From a virus: a DNA stretch of 53,202 bases. This document shows positions 6,044-14,879 of this stretch, one piece after another (within the stretch, counting starts at the first letter, position 1; each line of letters opens with the position of its first letter). The stretch spans positions 1 through 53,202 of IMG/VR virus record IMGVR_UViG_3300045988_160612. One strand, given 5' to 3'. The notes under the pieces were generated by a model that saw only the letters and a program-made list of their open reading frames with translations, had not been told where the DNA came from and did no database searches. The position numbers and the translations under genes were made by a program.

Positions 6044-8785
6044 TTACCCTTTCTTTAATCCTCTGGAATACAACGCCACATTATATTTTTTTACTCTTGA
6101 TAAATAAATACCTCTTTTAAACTCTAACGCTCCATGCTCCTTTAATATGTCAATTACTCTTGACGTAACTACCCTTGATTTGCACCTATCATAAAAATCA
6201 TCATAAGACTTAAATTTTCCATTCTTCTCTCTCTCTGATTCTATATAATCTGCTGCTTTTTTGCCAACACCCTTAATGGAAGATAACCCCATCTGTATTA
6301 TATTTTCGCCCTCTTCTTTCCTGAGTGCAAAATCGCTATAATAATTTACGTGCGGTAAAAATATTACAGCTTCATCTAAAACAGCTTTGGAAGCAAATTT
6401 ATCCATTTCCATCTCATCTTTAGCATACTTCATTTTTGCGTACCAATATTCATTGGGATAATAAATTTTATAAAACATTTCTTCGACACTTATCAAAGAA
6501 TATCCTACACCGTGACCTTTGTTAAATGAATATGAATCTGTCATTTTTGCAAAAAGGTCCTCGGCCTCATCTTTTTTAAAACCCTTTTTCTTAGCGCCCT
6601 CCCAGAACTCTGCAAACAAAATATCATACAAATTTTTCTGCTGTACTCGCTCTTCGTCTTTCTGGCTAGTAGATTTCATCATTTTCAAAATCTTATCAGT
6701 TGTCGCCCATTCCATGCCACCAATATACACACAAATCATCATTATTTGCTCTTGATATATAACAGTACCATAGGTGTCCTGTGTGTACTTATAATACTTT
6801 ACAGACATCGCCTTTTCCTTGTTATATTTGTTATGAGCATACATATCAGGCATCTTCAGGGATAATGGGCCGGGTCTATTCATGGAGGAAGCTGCAACTA
6901 TATCCTCAAAACAATCACAGTTGATTTTTGTTAAAATATCTCTGGGTGTAAAGGATTCAAACTGGAATATTCCATCACAATTTCCTTTTCCAAACTCGCT
7001 GATTATTTTTTTATCCTGTACGATTTTTGTATAATCAACTTGCACACCTGTTACCTTTCTTAAATCGTCCAAACTTTCCATAGTTTTTAAACCTAAGATA
7101 TCAAATTTGATAACATTGATTTTTTCAATATCCACCAAATCATAATTAGTAAACAGGTTGCCATCTTTATCTATTTTTAACGCTGTGTATTGTGTGATAT
7201 CACCACCAGTAATAGCAACACCAGCTGCATGAGTACCTATATATCTTACCTTTTTAAACAGCTTTGTGAAATGGATAATTATATCATCATAGCGCTGATT
7301 ATACATTACCGCTCTACTGTCAGACAATAAGCCGACTATATTTAAATCGTCATCGGCTGCATACGGTTTAATAAAATTCTTTATCTCTGCTATAGTCCTT
7401 TTTCTCTCAGCTATTTCTTCTGGAGTTGCATCTTTATCAATGGTATTTAAACCACAAACCTTAGCCAAATCATTTATCAGATTATCAGTTTTATACAAAC
7501 CATATGCACAAATTCTTGCAGCATGACCAGCATATTTTTTACAAAGATATTCTATAACTTCATGCCTGCGGGAAGTCTGAAAATCAAGGTCAATATCGGG
7601 AATTTTCTTTTTATCCATACGCAGGAAGCGCCTAAAATCTAATCCAAAAAATATAGAATCTACTTCCGTTATTCCAAGAACATAAGCAACTTCACTGTTG
7701 CAAACTGAACCTCTTCCGGGACCTACTGCAATACCACGATTCTTAGCCCATTTTACATAATCCTGCACAATAAGGAAATAATCAGCAAAACCATGATGTA
7801 CTATAACATCATATTCTTCTTTGCACCTTGCTATATACTCTTTGTTTTTTTCTTTACCTCTGTAAACTAATCCTTTCTTGATATTTTCCTTTAAGATTTT
7901 TGCGGAATCTTGACCCTCAATTTTGGGGAAAATCAATTCCAACTGGCTTAAAATATCCCCATCAACTTTATCCTCTATTTCATCTAAAGCTGCATACATT
8001 TCCTTAGCCAGCTTCTTTGTCTCGGCTTCTCCAAAATCCTTTTTGTGCATCTTATAAAAACGCTTTTTCATTTCATCTGGTGCAGGCATATAGCGCTCCG
8101 CATAAGTTGCTTCTATATCGGCAAAATTATGTCCCGCTATCTCGTGCATCTTCATGTATGTGGGGAAGTCCTCTTTTCTTCCTCTATGGGAATCAGAGGT
8201 TAATATGCACTTAATGTTTAATTTCTTAGCTAACTTAATTGATTCTATATTTACCTTTTCCTGCAATCCTACATCTGATACTTTATACGGCTGTACTTCC
8301 ACATACAAATCATCTTTAAAAATCTTTTTGAGCTTTAGCAAAAACTTTTCCGCTTTTACTAAATCGTCCTTAATTATACACTGAGCTAAATATCCTGCAA
8401 CACACGCTGTAGTGCAGATTAAGCCCTCATGATATTTTTCTAACATATCAAAATCCCAAATGGGATTATAAAATTTCTGTTTTTCTCCCTCATATTGCAC
8501 GTTATTCAGATTCTCAAATCCTTTTAAATTCTTAGCCACTAATATCATATGGTAACCACGATTCTGTGGTACATATTTAGGAAGAAAATAGCCCTCTACT
8601 CCAAGAACTGGCTTTATCTCACATTCCTTGCAAGCAAAATAGTGCTTCACTAATCCGTGAGCATTACCATGATTTGTTAAACCAAGAGCCTTATATCCCA
8701 GCTCTTTTGCTAACGCTGCTAATTCTCTTGCTTTGCCAAATCCATCAAATGTGGAATACTCATCATGCCTATGCAAATCAAACAT
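6044..8785 (-). CDS. dnaE: DNA polymerase III alpha-subunit-like replicative polymerase (PHP domain plus Pol IIIA core).
   Basis: N-terminal PHP motifs (DLHRHDEYSTFDGFG, TNHGN) and core motifs (GPGRGSVCNSEVAYVLGITEVD, PDIDLDF). 913 aa. Confidence 0.9.
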   Translation of the reverse strand: MFDLHRHDEYSTFDGFGKARELAALAKELGYKALGLTNHGNAHGLVKHYFACKECEIKPVLGVEGYFLPKYVPQNRGYHMILVAKNLKGFENLNNVQYEGEKQKFYNPIWDFDMLEKYHEGLICTTACVAGYLAQCIIKDDLVKAEKFLLKLKKIFKDDLYVEVQPYKVSDVGLQEKVNIESIKLAKKLNIKCILTSDSHRGRKEDFPTYMKMHEIAGHNFADIEATYAERYMPAPDEMKKRFYKMHKKDFGEAETKKLAKEMYAALDEIEDKVDGDILSQLELIFPKIEGQDSAKILKENIKKGLVYRGKEKNKEYIARCKEEYDVIVHHGFADYFLIVQDYVKWAKNRGIAVGPGRGSVCNSEVAYVLGITEVDSIFFGLDFRRFLRMDKKKIPDIDLDFQTSRRHEVIEYLCKKYAGHAARICAYGLYKTDNLINDLAKVCGLNTIDKDATPEEIAERKRTIAEIKNFIKPYAADDDLNIVGLLSDSRAVMYNQRYDDIIIHFTKLFKKVRYIGTHAAGVAITGGDITQYTALKIDKDGNLFTNYDLVDIEKINVIKFDILGLKTMESLDDLRKVTGVQVDYTKIVQDKKIISEFGKGNCDGIFQFESFTPRDILTKINCDCFEDIVAASSMNRPGPLSLKMPDMYAHNKYNKEKAMSVKYYKYTQDTYGTVIYQEQIMMICVYIGGMEWATTDKILKMMKSTSQKDEERVQQKNLYDILFAEFWEGAKKKGFKKDEAEDLFAKMTDSYSFNKGHGVGYSLISVEEMFYKIYYPNEYWYAKMKYAKDEMEMDKFASKAVLDEAVIFLPHVNYYSDFALRKEEGENIIQMGLSSIKGVGKKAADYIESEREKNGKFKSYDDFYDRCKSRVVTSRVIDILKEHGALEFKRGIYLSRVKKYNVALYSRGLKKG

Positions 8786-8807
8786 TAAAAACCACCCTTA
8801 AACCAAT

Positions 8808-9743
8808 TTATTTAATCAAATCATTTTGTTTCAGAATATCTAAAAATTCTATCTTTTTATTTTTCGCTTTATTCTTTTCTGGACTTCCGATATTGTAGTG
8901 AACTATAGATTTATTTAATAATAATTTTGGATTTTTAGGCATCTGTTTTAAAGAACTTATTTTCCTAACATACTTACCTAATTCAAAATTATATAAATCA
9001 TTTTCACACACAAATGAATTTTCAAAATTTTGGTCTTGAAAAAATCCTTTGGTTTTATCCGTATTAAATTTACACCAGTTTTCAAAATAAAAACATAAAA
9101 GCTTATTTTCAAAAAACTTTTCCAAAAGTTTTTTATAAGATTCTAAAAGGCTGTTATTCATAACATAAATTCTGGTTCCACTATTGAAATAATTATCAAC
9201 ATATTTGCTTAAAATATCCTGAGGAATAGGATTTTTATTATTCCATAAATTTATCAATTCTGACTGCACATCGTTAGAATAATAAATTTTATTACCTTGT
9301 TTATCCTTTTTAACCAAAAATCCTGTCATTCCGTCCCGTACAAAAGAGCAACAATTTATATTTTCAAAAATATTTATCAAATCAGAGGTTATTAAAATAT
9401 CATCATCAAGAAAAAGTATTTTTTTACAATTCGTTTTCTTAAACAAATAATATTGTGGCAAAATATTCATTCCCATTTTATACACATTTAAAAAATGCTG
9501 TCCCTGCTCTGATAATTTGAGATTCTTTAAACAAAAATCATTTACCTTTTCGGAACCTATTACTTTAAAATTACTGATATATTTATTAGCTATATCAGCA
9601 ATTTTGCCAGTCCTATCTGATAGCCGCTGTTCATTAACAAAAACAAATAATATCTTATTACTTTGCTTTGGCATATTCTTTAGCATAGATTCAAAATATG
9701 CCATATTATTTGCCAAAACACAAACTATATATTTAAAAGCCAT
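8808..9743 (-). CDS. Glycosyltransferase family 8-like (retaining GT-A) protein.
   Basis: LPQYYLFKKTNCKKILFLDDDILITSDLINIF contains a DxD motif. YFNSGTRIYVMN and FFQDQNFEN resemble the GT8 YFNsGV and DQD.lN blocks. Confidence 0.6.
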   Translation of the reverse strand: MAFKYIVCVLANNMAYFESMLKNMPKQSNKILFVFVNEQRLSDRTGKIADIANKYISNFKVIGSEKVNDFCLKNLKLSEQGQHFLNVYKMGMNILPQYYLFKKTNCKKILFLDDDILITSDLINIFENINCCSFVRDGMTGFLVKKDKQGNKIYYSNDVQSELINLWNNKNPIPQDILSKYVDNYFNSGTRIYVMNNSLLESYKKLLEKFFENKLLCFYFENWCKFNTDKTKGFFQDQNFENSFVCENDLYNFELGKYVRKISSLKQMPKNPKLLLNKSIVHYNIGSPEKNKAKNKKIEFLDILKQNDLIK

Positions 9744-10421
9744 TTACTGTTCTCCTTTAGCAATCAAATCTCTTGCATACAAATGCAATGACCCAGCAAC
9801 ATGGGTATAAGTTCCTAAACCTATACCCAACTCCATCGACATTAAAATCTGCATACAAGTGAACTGGAAAACATCATACGGAAAACCTAACCAAATGTCA
9901 TTGCTGCGCATATAAACAGTTAAATACAGTTTATCATGTCTGATTAAAAATTGCAAGCATACTGTACAATTTACGTCTTTGGATTCTTTGTTATCTGCTG
10001 TCTTGATATGGATAACTGCCTGACGCGTATTAGGGTCTTTTTTCAACAGATTCTTAACATATTCCCACTGGTCAAAATCAAATTTATTTTTGATACAATA
10101 ACCATAATTGGAATTTACTGTTTTACCATCATCTGACATTCTATCCCAATTTTTTGTATATTTCTGTATTTCCTTTAAGCTATTATTTCCAGACAAATAC
10201 CACAAAAGCTCTCCTACTGCATATCTCATAGACAGCTTGCGGATATCAGATGCAAGTATATTTTTAGTAGGGTCTTTTATCTCAGTAATAGCATTTATAA
10301 CTTCCCCGCAAATTTCTCCATCACGACTGCTTTCATTATCTTTCATAGTAGATAAAACATTGTACCAACGGTCCCATGCCTGAGTTATATTTTCACATGA
10401 CATATAATAATTAAATAACAT
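9744..10421 (-). CDS. ThyA-family pyrimidine C5 transferase. Probably a deoxycytidylate hydroxymethylase or methylase rather than a thymidylate synthase.
   Basis: NCTVCLQF aligns with ThyA PCHAFFQF (catalytic Cys). MRSNDIWLGFPYDVFQF aligns with YQRSCDVFLGLPFNIASY, placing Asp where ThyA has the uracil-specifying Asn. GSLHLY aligns with GDTHLY. Confidence 0.75.
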   Translation of the reverse strand: MLFNYYMSCENITQAWDRWYNVLSTMKDNESSRDGEICGEVINAITEIKDPTKNILASDIRKLSMRYAVGELLWYLSGNNSLKEIQKYTKNWDRMSDDGKTVNSNYGYCIKNKFDFDQWEYVKNLLKKDPNTRQAVIHIKTADNKESKDVNCTVCLQFLIRHDKLYLTVYMRSNDIWLGFPYDVFQFTCMQILMSMELGIGLGTYTHVAGSLHLYARDLIAKGEQ

Positions 10422-10424
10422 TTT

Positions 10425-10886
10425 TCAAAACTTCCTTTCTTTCCTTACTTTTTCTACAAGGCTGCTTGATGATTCTATTTTATTACCTAAACCATCAACT
10501 ATTTTGATTCCCAACTCAGCACAAATTTTAGCTTCTGGAATCTCACTTGCGTATCTATCGCCGCCCTTAGCAAATATAAAATTGCTCACTGTGTCTTTAT
10601 AATCGCGGTAAATGCTGCCTATCGTTCGGCTAACAGACATATCAGTGTCTATAGATATAACTACCCTATCTACACATCTAAGCTCACTGAGAAGCGCCAG
10701 ACGCTGTTCTTGTGTATAGAAGCAATAACCCTTTTTCTTGATAAGAAAATCATCTGTATTTAAGATGCAAACATGATAACCGCCTAAAGCATAACCGCCT
10801 AAAGCTTTTGCTTGCTTTAAATATTCTATATGACCAATGTGCAAAGGGTCAAATCCACCAGAGGTTATAATTAACGTTGATTCCAT
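10425..10886 (-). CDS. Cytidylyltransferase-superfamily nucleotidyltransferase (TagD / RfaE-domain-II-like).
   Basis: TSGGFDPLHIGHIEYLKQAKALG carries the HxGH motif. VDRVVISID and FAKGGDRY resemble heptose-1-P adenylyltransferase or glycerol-3-P cytidylyltransferase. Confidence 0.75.
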   Translation of the reverse strand: MESTLIITSGGFDPLHIGHIEYLKQAKALGGYALGGYHVCILNTDDFLIKKKGYCFYTQEQRLALLSELRCVDRVVISIDTDMSVSRTIGSIYRDYKDTVSNFIFAKGGDRYASEIPEAKICAELGIKIVDGLGNKIESSSSLVEKVRKERKF

Positions 10887-10892
10887 ATCACA

Positions 10893-12080
10893 TTACTTTC
10901 CTTTCTTAGACTTTACAATATTTTCCAAATAGGTATTTATTTTATCTGCTACAATTACACAGCTGTTTTTTCTAACACTCCGATTATCATACAAATCAAT
11001 AATATCCTGCAAATATAGTTTACTGTACGTTTCATTGTGTTTTCCAAGTTCTACGGTTGCTATCAGTTTAGTTAATTTTGCGCTCATCTCTGCTGGGGTC
11101 TGACAATAACCATAATAGTTATCATTAAATATTTCTGCATAGCCAAAGCTTTTAGGCAGCAAACAAATATTGCCTGTTATTGCACAATCTACTGTTGACA
11201 TTGACCACATTCCACATGATGTAAAAAATGTATTCAAATGCCCGAGAATCTTATCGGAACGCAAGAAATTATAATATTCTTCTGTGCTGCCCAAGGATAT
11301 AGATTTAAAATATGGTTTGTCAAGTTTAAAATCTTTTCCACTGGGATTTGTAAAATAAATCGTGGGCATATCCTCAATTTTTATTGAGCATTCCAAACTG
11401 TCGCAAATACGCAATAAAGTTTGATAAGCATTTAAATAATAACTGTCGCTGCTTAACCGATGATTATAAACAAATGCAAACTCAGCACTTGCATTCTTGT
11501 CTTTGCTTTTAAACAACTCTCTCTCATCGTAACAAGGCTGGGCTTTGATAATATTCCCTATCTTACAATTATATTTTTTATGATAATAGCTAATAATCTC
11601 ATTTTTAGCATAATCAGAATTTACAAAACAAATATCAGCTGCTTTCATGCCCTCAAACTGTCTCAACTCTATCTCTGGCATATTCTTAAATGCTAACCAA
11701 TGGTTATATGTAGCTATTGCACTATTAGGGAAAATCTTTTTCAATGGAATTACCTTTGTTGGCTCATTCACAAACACAACATCAAAATCCGCCATCTTGC
11801 TTACACGCTGGAAGAAATTTGCATCAAAAGAAAAACGCTCCAGCATCGCATTTGTAAATGTTCTGGTATTATTAAAAATCGAATAGAAACTCTCTTCAAA
11901 CTCGCTATCTAAGACTGTGCAATTATCCTGTGAAAACTCAAACGCAACATATACATTATTAGTTCTTGTAAATTTTGTACCTATCAAACTCCTAAGAAAA
12001 TTTATGTTGCTATCCTTATTTAACAAAACAATTCCGTCAGATGATAAACTACTTATTTGTGGAATCCATAAAATTCTCAT
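10893..12080 (-). CDS. Putative GT-B fold glycosyltransferase.
   Basis: It starts MRILWIPQ, and the C-terminal half (FTSCGMWSMSTVDCAITGNICLLPKSFGYAEIF) resembles the GT1/GT4 donor-binding region. This is weak by eye. It is coupled by TAATG to the upstream gene. Confidence 0.45.
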   Translation of the reverse strand: MRILWIPQISSLSSDGIVLLNKDSNINFLRSLIGTKFTRTNNVYVAFEFSQDNCTVLDSEFEESFYSIFNNTRTFTNAMLERFSFDANFFQRVSKMADFDVVFVNEPTKVIPLKKIFPNSAIATYNHWLAFKNMPEIELRQFEGMKAADICFVNSDYAKNEIISYYHKKYNCKIGNIIKAQPCYDERELFKSKDKNASAEFAFVYNHRLSSDSYYLNAYQTLLRICDSLECSIKIEDMPTIYFTNPSGKDFKLDKPYFKSISLGSTEEYYNFLRSDKILGHLNTFFTSCGMWSMSTVDCAITGNICLLPKSFGYAEIFNDNYYGYCQTPAEMSAKLTKLIATVELGKHNETYSKLYLQDIIDLYDNRSVRKNSCVIVADKINTYLENIVKSKKGK

Positions 12081-12964
12081 TACAGAAACAACTCCTTTTT
12101 ATCTTTGTAATCGTCCCAGTGTGCATTAAATTTTACGTATCTATCGCAATCCTTGCAAAAATCATACAGCACATTTGGATTATCCAAATCATTCAAATTT
12201 CCTAAACTAAACTTTCCTTTCCAGTCTCTGCCATTATCGTTTATCGCTCTGCAACACGGGTATTCCTTACCAGATTCATCAATGATTCTGTGAGCAGATT
12301 TTACATAGCATCTACTGGGCTTTGGAAGATTTTTACTGTTATAAATTTTAAGAAAATTATTAACCTCTTCCGGGACAGGCTCGCAATTTTCCACAAAAGA
12401 ATTTATGATATAATCTATCATGTACTGCTGTAACATTGCATTTTCATCTGTATGTACCGGGAAAAATCTTACTGGAATTTTTATGTTTTTACAAAGGTTA
12501 TAAATATTTCTGACATCAAAATAATTCCTACATGATACCGTACAATTTGCTTTGATTTTGTTTGCATAGGATAGGATATTTTCTATCACAGTATTAAAAC
12601 CAAATTCCGTGCATCTTCTAACACTATAATAAGTTGCGTGGTCAGAACCATCTAAGCTAACTTGTATGCACTTTGCATTGTCTAAAAACATATGCTGTTC
12701 ATAGGTTAAAATATAATTCATATTTGTAAAAACCTGATACACTATATCGTTCTGCTCCAGCACCTGATTCAATGTATGTAATTCTGAGTAGTTTAAAGGG
12801 TCCCCGCCAGAAAAGGTAAATGTGGAATCATAATACTTTGTTATCTTACGTATCAAAGTATTGATATCAATTTCCTTGCTCTCCCAGGTATATTTTCTAC
12901 ACATAAAACAACGTTCATTGCATTTTGTAGTCAACTGCACCTGCACACTTTTAATTTCACTCAT
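12080..12964 (-). CDS. Radical SAM enzyme with a Cys-rich C-terminal (SPASM/twitch-like) region.
   Basis: TTKCNERCFMCRKY gives CX3CX2C, and FSGGDPL is present. C-terminal cysteines occur in YPCCRAINDNG and DFCKDCDRY. The start was set to the ATG at 12964 after GAGGGAAAAG. Confidence 0.8.
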   Translation of the reverse strand: MSEIKSVQVQLTTKCNERCFMCRKYTWESKEIDINTLIRKITKYYDSTFTFSGGDPLNYSELHTLNQVLEQNDIVYQVFTNMNYILTYEQHMFLDNAKCIQVSLDGSDHATYYSVRRCTEFGFNTVIENILSYANKIKANCTVSCRNYFDVRNIYNLCKNIKIPVRFFPVHTDENAMLQQYMIDYIINSFVENCEPVPEEVNNFLKIYNSKNLPKPSRCYVKSAHRIIDESGKEYPCCRAINDNGRDWKGKFSLGNLNDLDNPNVLYDFCKDCDRYVKFNAHWDDYKDKKELFL

Positions 12965-13532
12965 GAGACTTTTCCCTCTTTTCATCTTCTAACTTTTTCC
13001 TTAATCTTACAAAATTTACAACCTCTGGAATGCTTTTGTAATTTGCATTTTTAGCATAAAAACCAGAACCTATAATATCAGATTTTATTCCGCCTAAAGC
13101 AAAATGACTTTGCCAGATTTCATTAAACATTCTGCTGTAATAGCTCAAATCTGCGCCATGTTCTTTGGAAGATTCTTCAAGTGATGTGGGCTGCATTAAA
13201 AACACAAAAACAGAATTTCCTTTATCTGCATACTGCTGCAATCTCTTGTTGATTAACCTAACATTTTTTAACGCTTTCCCTACCTTGTAACCTCTTTCCA
13301 CTATACCATAAACACAGTCCGTAAGATATGACCTATCTATAATCAAATCAGCTTTTAACTCTTCCACAGTCTGTATCAGCATCAATGTTTTATCGGTTTC
13401 CTGCTTATTTTTCATTTCATCATACGGAATTATTCCATTGTATTTATGCACAGGAATCTTAGTTTCTTCTAATATTTTATTGCACAAAGTTGTTTTACCA
13501 ACTCTGTCTATTCCCTCCACTATGATTATCAT
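12957..13532 (-). CDS. Thymidylate-kinase-like (d)NMP kinase.
   Basis: MIIIVEGIDRVGKTTL is a Tmk-type P-loop, and DRSYLTDCVYG resembles the Tmk DR.. motif. Confidence 0.7.
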   Translation of the reverse strand: MIIIVEGIDRVGKTTLCNKILEETKIPVHKYNGIIPYDEMKNKQETDKTLMLIQTVEELKADLIIDRSYLTDCVYGIVERGYKVGKALKNVRLINKRLQQYADKGNSVFVFLMQPTSLEESSKEHGADLSYYSRMFNEIWQSHFALGGIKSDIIGSGFYAKNANYKSIPEVVNFVRLRKKLEDEKREKSHE

Positions 13533-13554
13533 AAATATTTCCTTTCAAAATAAA

Positions 13555-13602
13555 ATACAGGCAATCAAAGTTCAAATCTAATCAAACTAAAATTGCCTGT
13601 AT
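13555..13602 (-). terminator. Hairpin (11-bp stem, 26-nt loop) followed by a U-run. Possible terminator or attenuator in front of the modification operon.
   Basis: atacaggcaat / attgcctgtat. The minus strand continues TTTATTTTGAAAGG straight into the kinase RBS. Confidence 0.45.
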
Positions 13603-13652
13603 AAGTTATTCATATTTTTTATTTTACTTATCCAAGCAAATTTTAATTACAA

Positions 13653-14027
13653 TCAAGCATCACTTATCCTTTTGTTATTTTCTTCTATCTTAGCCAAAAT
13701 TACCTTTTCAAACTCAGCAGCAGACAAACCGGAGAAAATTGCAATGTTCATGACAAAAATTATTGCATCTGCTATTTCCTCATGTTTATTTGTCAAATCC
13801 ACTTTATCGTCACGATAATTCTTCCAACGCTTATCAGCTTGGAGTATTTCCCCAATCTCTCCAATAAGAGCCTGAACATGATAAGAAGCTAAATCAACAT
13901 TATCAACAGGCAAAGTCATATTTGCGGCTTCTTTGGAAGTCAAACAATTATAACCTTTCTTATTGATAACATCTTTCTGGAACTGTACCTGTTTACTGTA
14001 AATTTCTGAAAACTGCATTTTTCTCAC
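13653..14027 (-). CDS. MazG-like all-alpha NTP pyrophosphohydrolase.
   Basis: IGEIGEILQADKRWKNY and HEEIADAIIFVMNIA match the MazG EExxE/D-type helices. Confidence 0.7.
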   Translation of the reverse strand: MRKMQFSEIYSKQVQFQKDVINKKGYNCLTSKEAANMTLPVDNVDLASYHVQALIGEIGEILQADKRWKNYRDDKVDLTNKHEEIADAIIFVMNIAIFSGLSAAEFEKVILAKIEENNKRISDA

Positions 14028-14054
14028 CTCATAATTTATTACATTTATTACAAA

Positions 14055-14858
14055 TTACTCGTCATCTTCCTCATCGTCCCACTCATCTTCATCATCTGCT
14101 TCTTCCAGAAGATTTATGTAATAGTCTGCAACTTTCTTGGGCTTTGCTTCTATACCACGCTTCTTACACAGATTAAACAGCTCTTTTGCAGACATTTCCT
14201 CATAATCAATGTCGGAATCATCTTCATCTGCTTCTTCCTCAGCAGCTTCTTCTTCCTCATCGTCATAATCCTCATCAACTTTTGTCTTGGTCTTTTTGTT
14301 GACAGCAGATTTCTTCTTTTTCTTCTTGTTGTCCTCTTCTTCCTCATCTTCCATAGGATAAGCCTTTTCAAGAATTTCAAGAATTTTCTGCTCTGAGAGG
14401 GGCTTGACCTTTGTATTTCTGAATTTCACCTTGTCCATAGGAACCACAGAATAAGTTGTGTTCTGCTGCTTGCCGTTTTTAGTAATAACATAATCCCTAT
14501 CAGTCAATGTACCATATACATCAAACATTCCAACAATAGCAGGAATAGGACTACAGTTATTAACAGGTGCCATAAGGAGCTTAACCTCACTTGCTTCATA
14601 ATCAAATACACTCCAAATATACTGGTCTCTTGTTCTCAGTGTATCATCTTCGCAAAGTGGGCAATCTTCTCCAAAAGTTTCTCTGCAAGGGGTATTTATT
14701 CCTCTGTCAAACGAATCGTGAAATGTAACTTTCATTCCATCGTCCATATCAGAAAGGAATCTAACCCTTACTTTCTGACCCTCACGAAAAAACAAAATCT
14801 TTGCTTTATTAGCTCCAGACCTTGCAGCTGCTGCTTTAATATCGTTAAGTATTCCCAT
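14055..14858 (-). CDS. ssDNA-binding protein (gp32-like OB and zinc motif) with a SAP/HeH motif and a long acidic tail.
   Basis: VRVRFLSD...HDSF...CRETFGEDCPLCED supplies a zinc-binding pattern. MSAKELFNLCKKRGIEAK is the HeH motif. The tail ends DEDEWDDEEDDE. Confidence 0.55.
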   Translation of the reverse strand: MGILNDIKAAAARSGANKAKILFFREGQKVRVRFLSDMDDGMKVTFHDSFDRGINTPCRETFGEDCPLCEDDTLRTRDQYIWSVFDYEASEVKLLMAPVNNCSPIPAIVGMFDVYGTLTDRDYVITKNGKQQNTTYSVVPMDKVKFRNTKVKPLSEQKILEILEKAYPMEDEEEEDNKKKKKKSAVNKKTKTKVDEDYDDEEEEAAEEEADEDDSDIDYEEMSAKELFNLCKKRGIEAKPKKVADYYINLLEEADDEDEWDDEEDDE

Positions 14859-14879
14859 ATAGCAACTTCCTTTTCTTAA

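Noticed and set aside
10776-10805. Perfect 15-bp tandem duplication (ataaccgcctaaagc x2) inside the cytidylyltransferase gene.
   Set aside because: It is in frame and simply repeats five residues (ALGGY-ALGGY) after the HxGH helix. It is most simply a replication-slippage duplication, and there is no evidence of a regulatory role. It is worth noting only as a possible assembly or variation hotspot.
14150-14380. Alternative-frame ORFs inside the charged tails (14150..14380 and 46856..47047). The plus-strand ORF 46843..47148 is a similar artefact.
   Set aside because: They are frame-shifted readings of GAA/GAT/AAG-rich low-complexity sequence, nested within better-supported genes and without independent signals.
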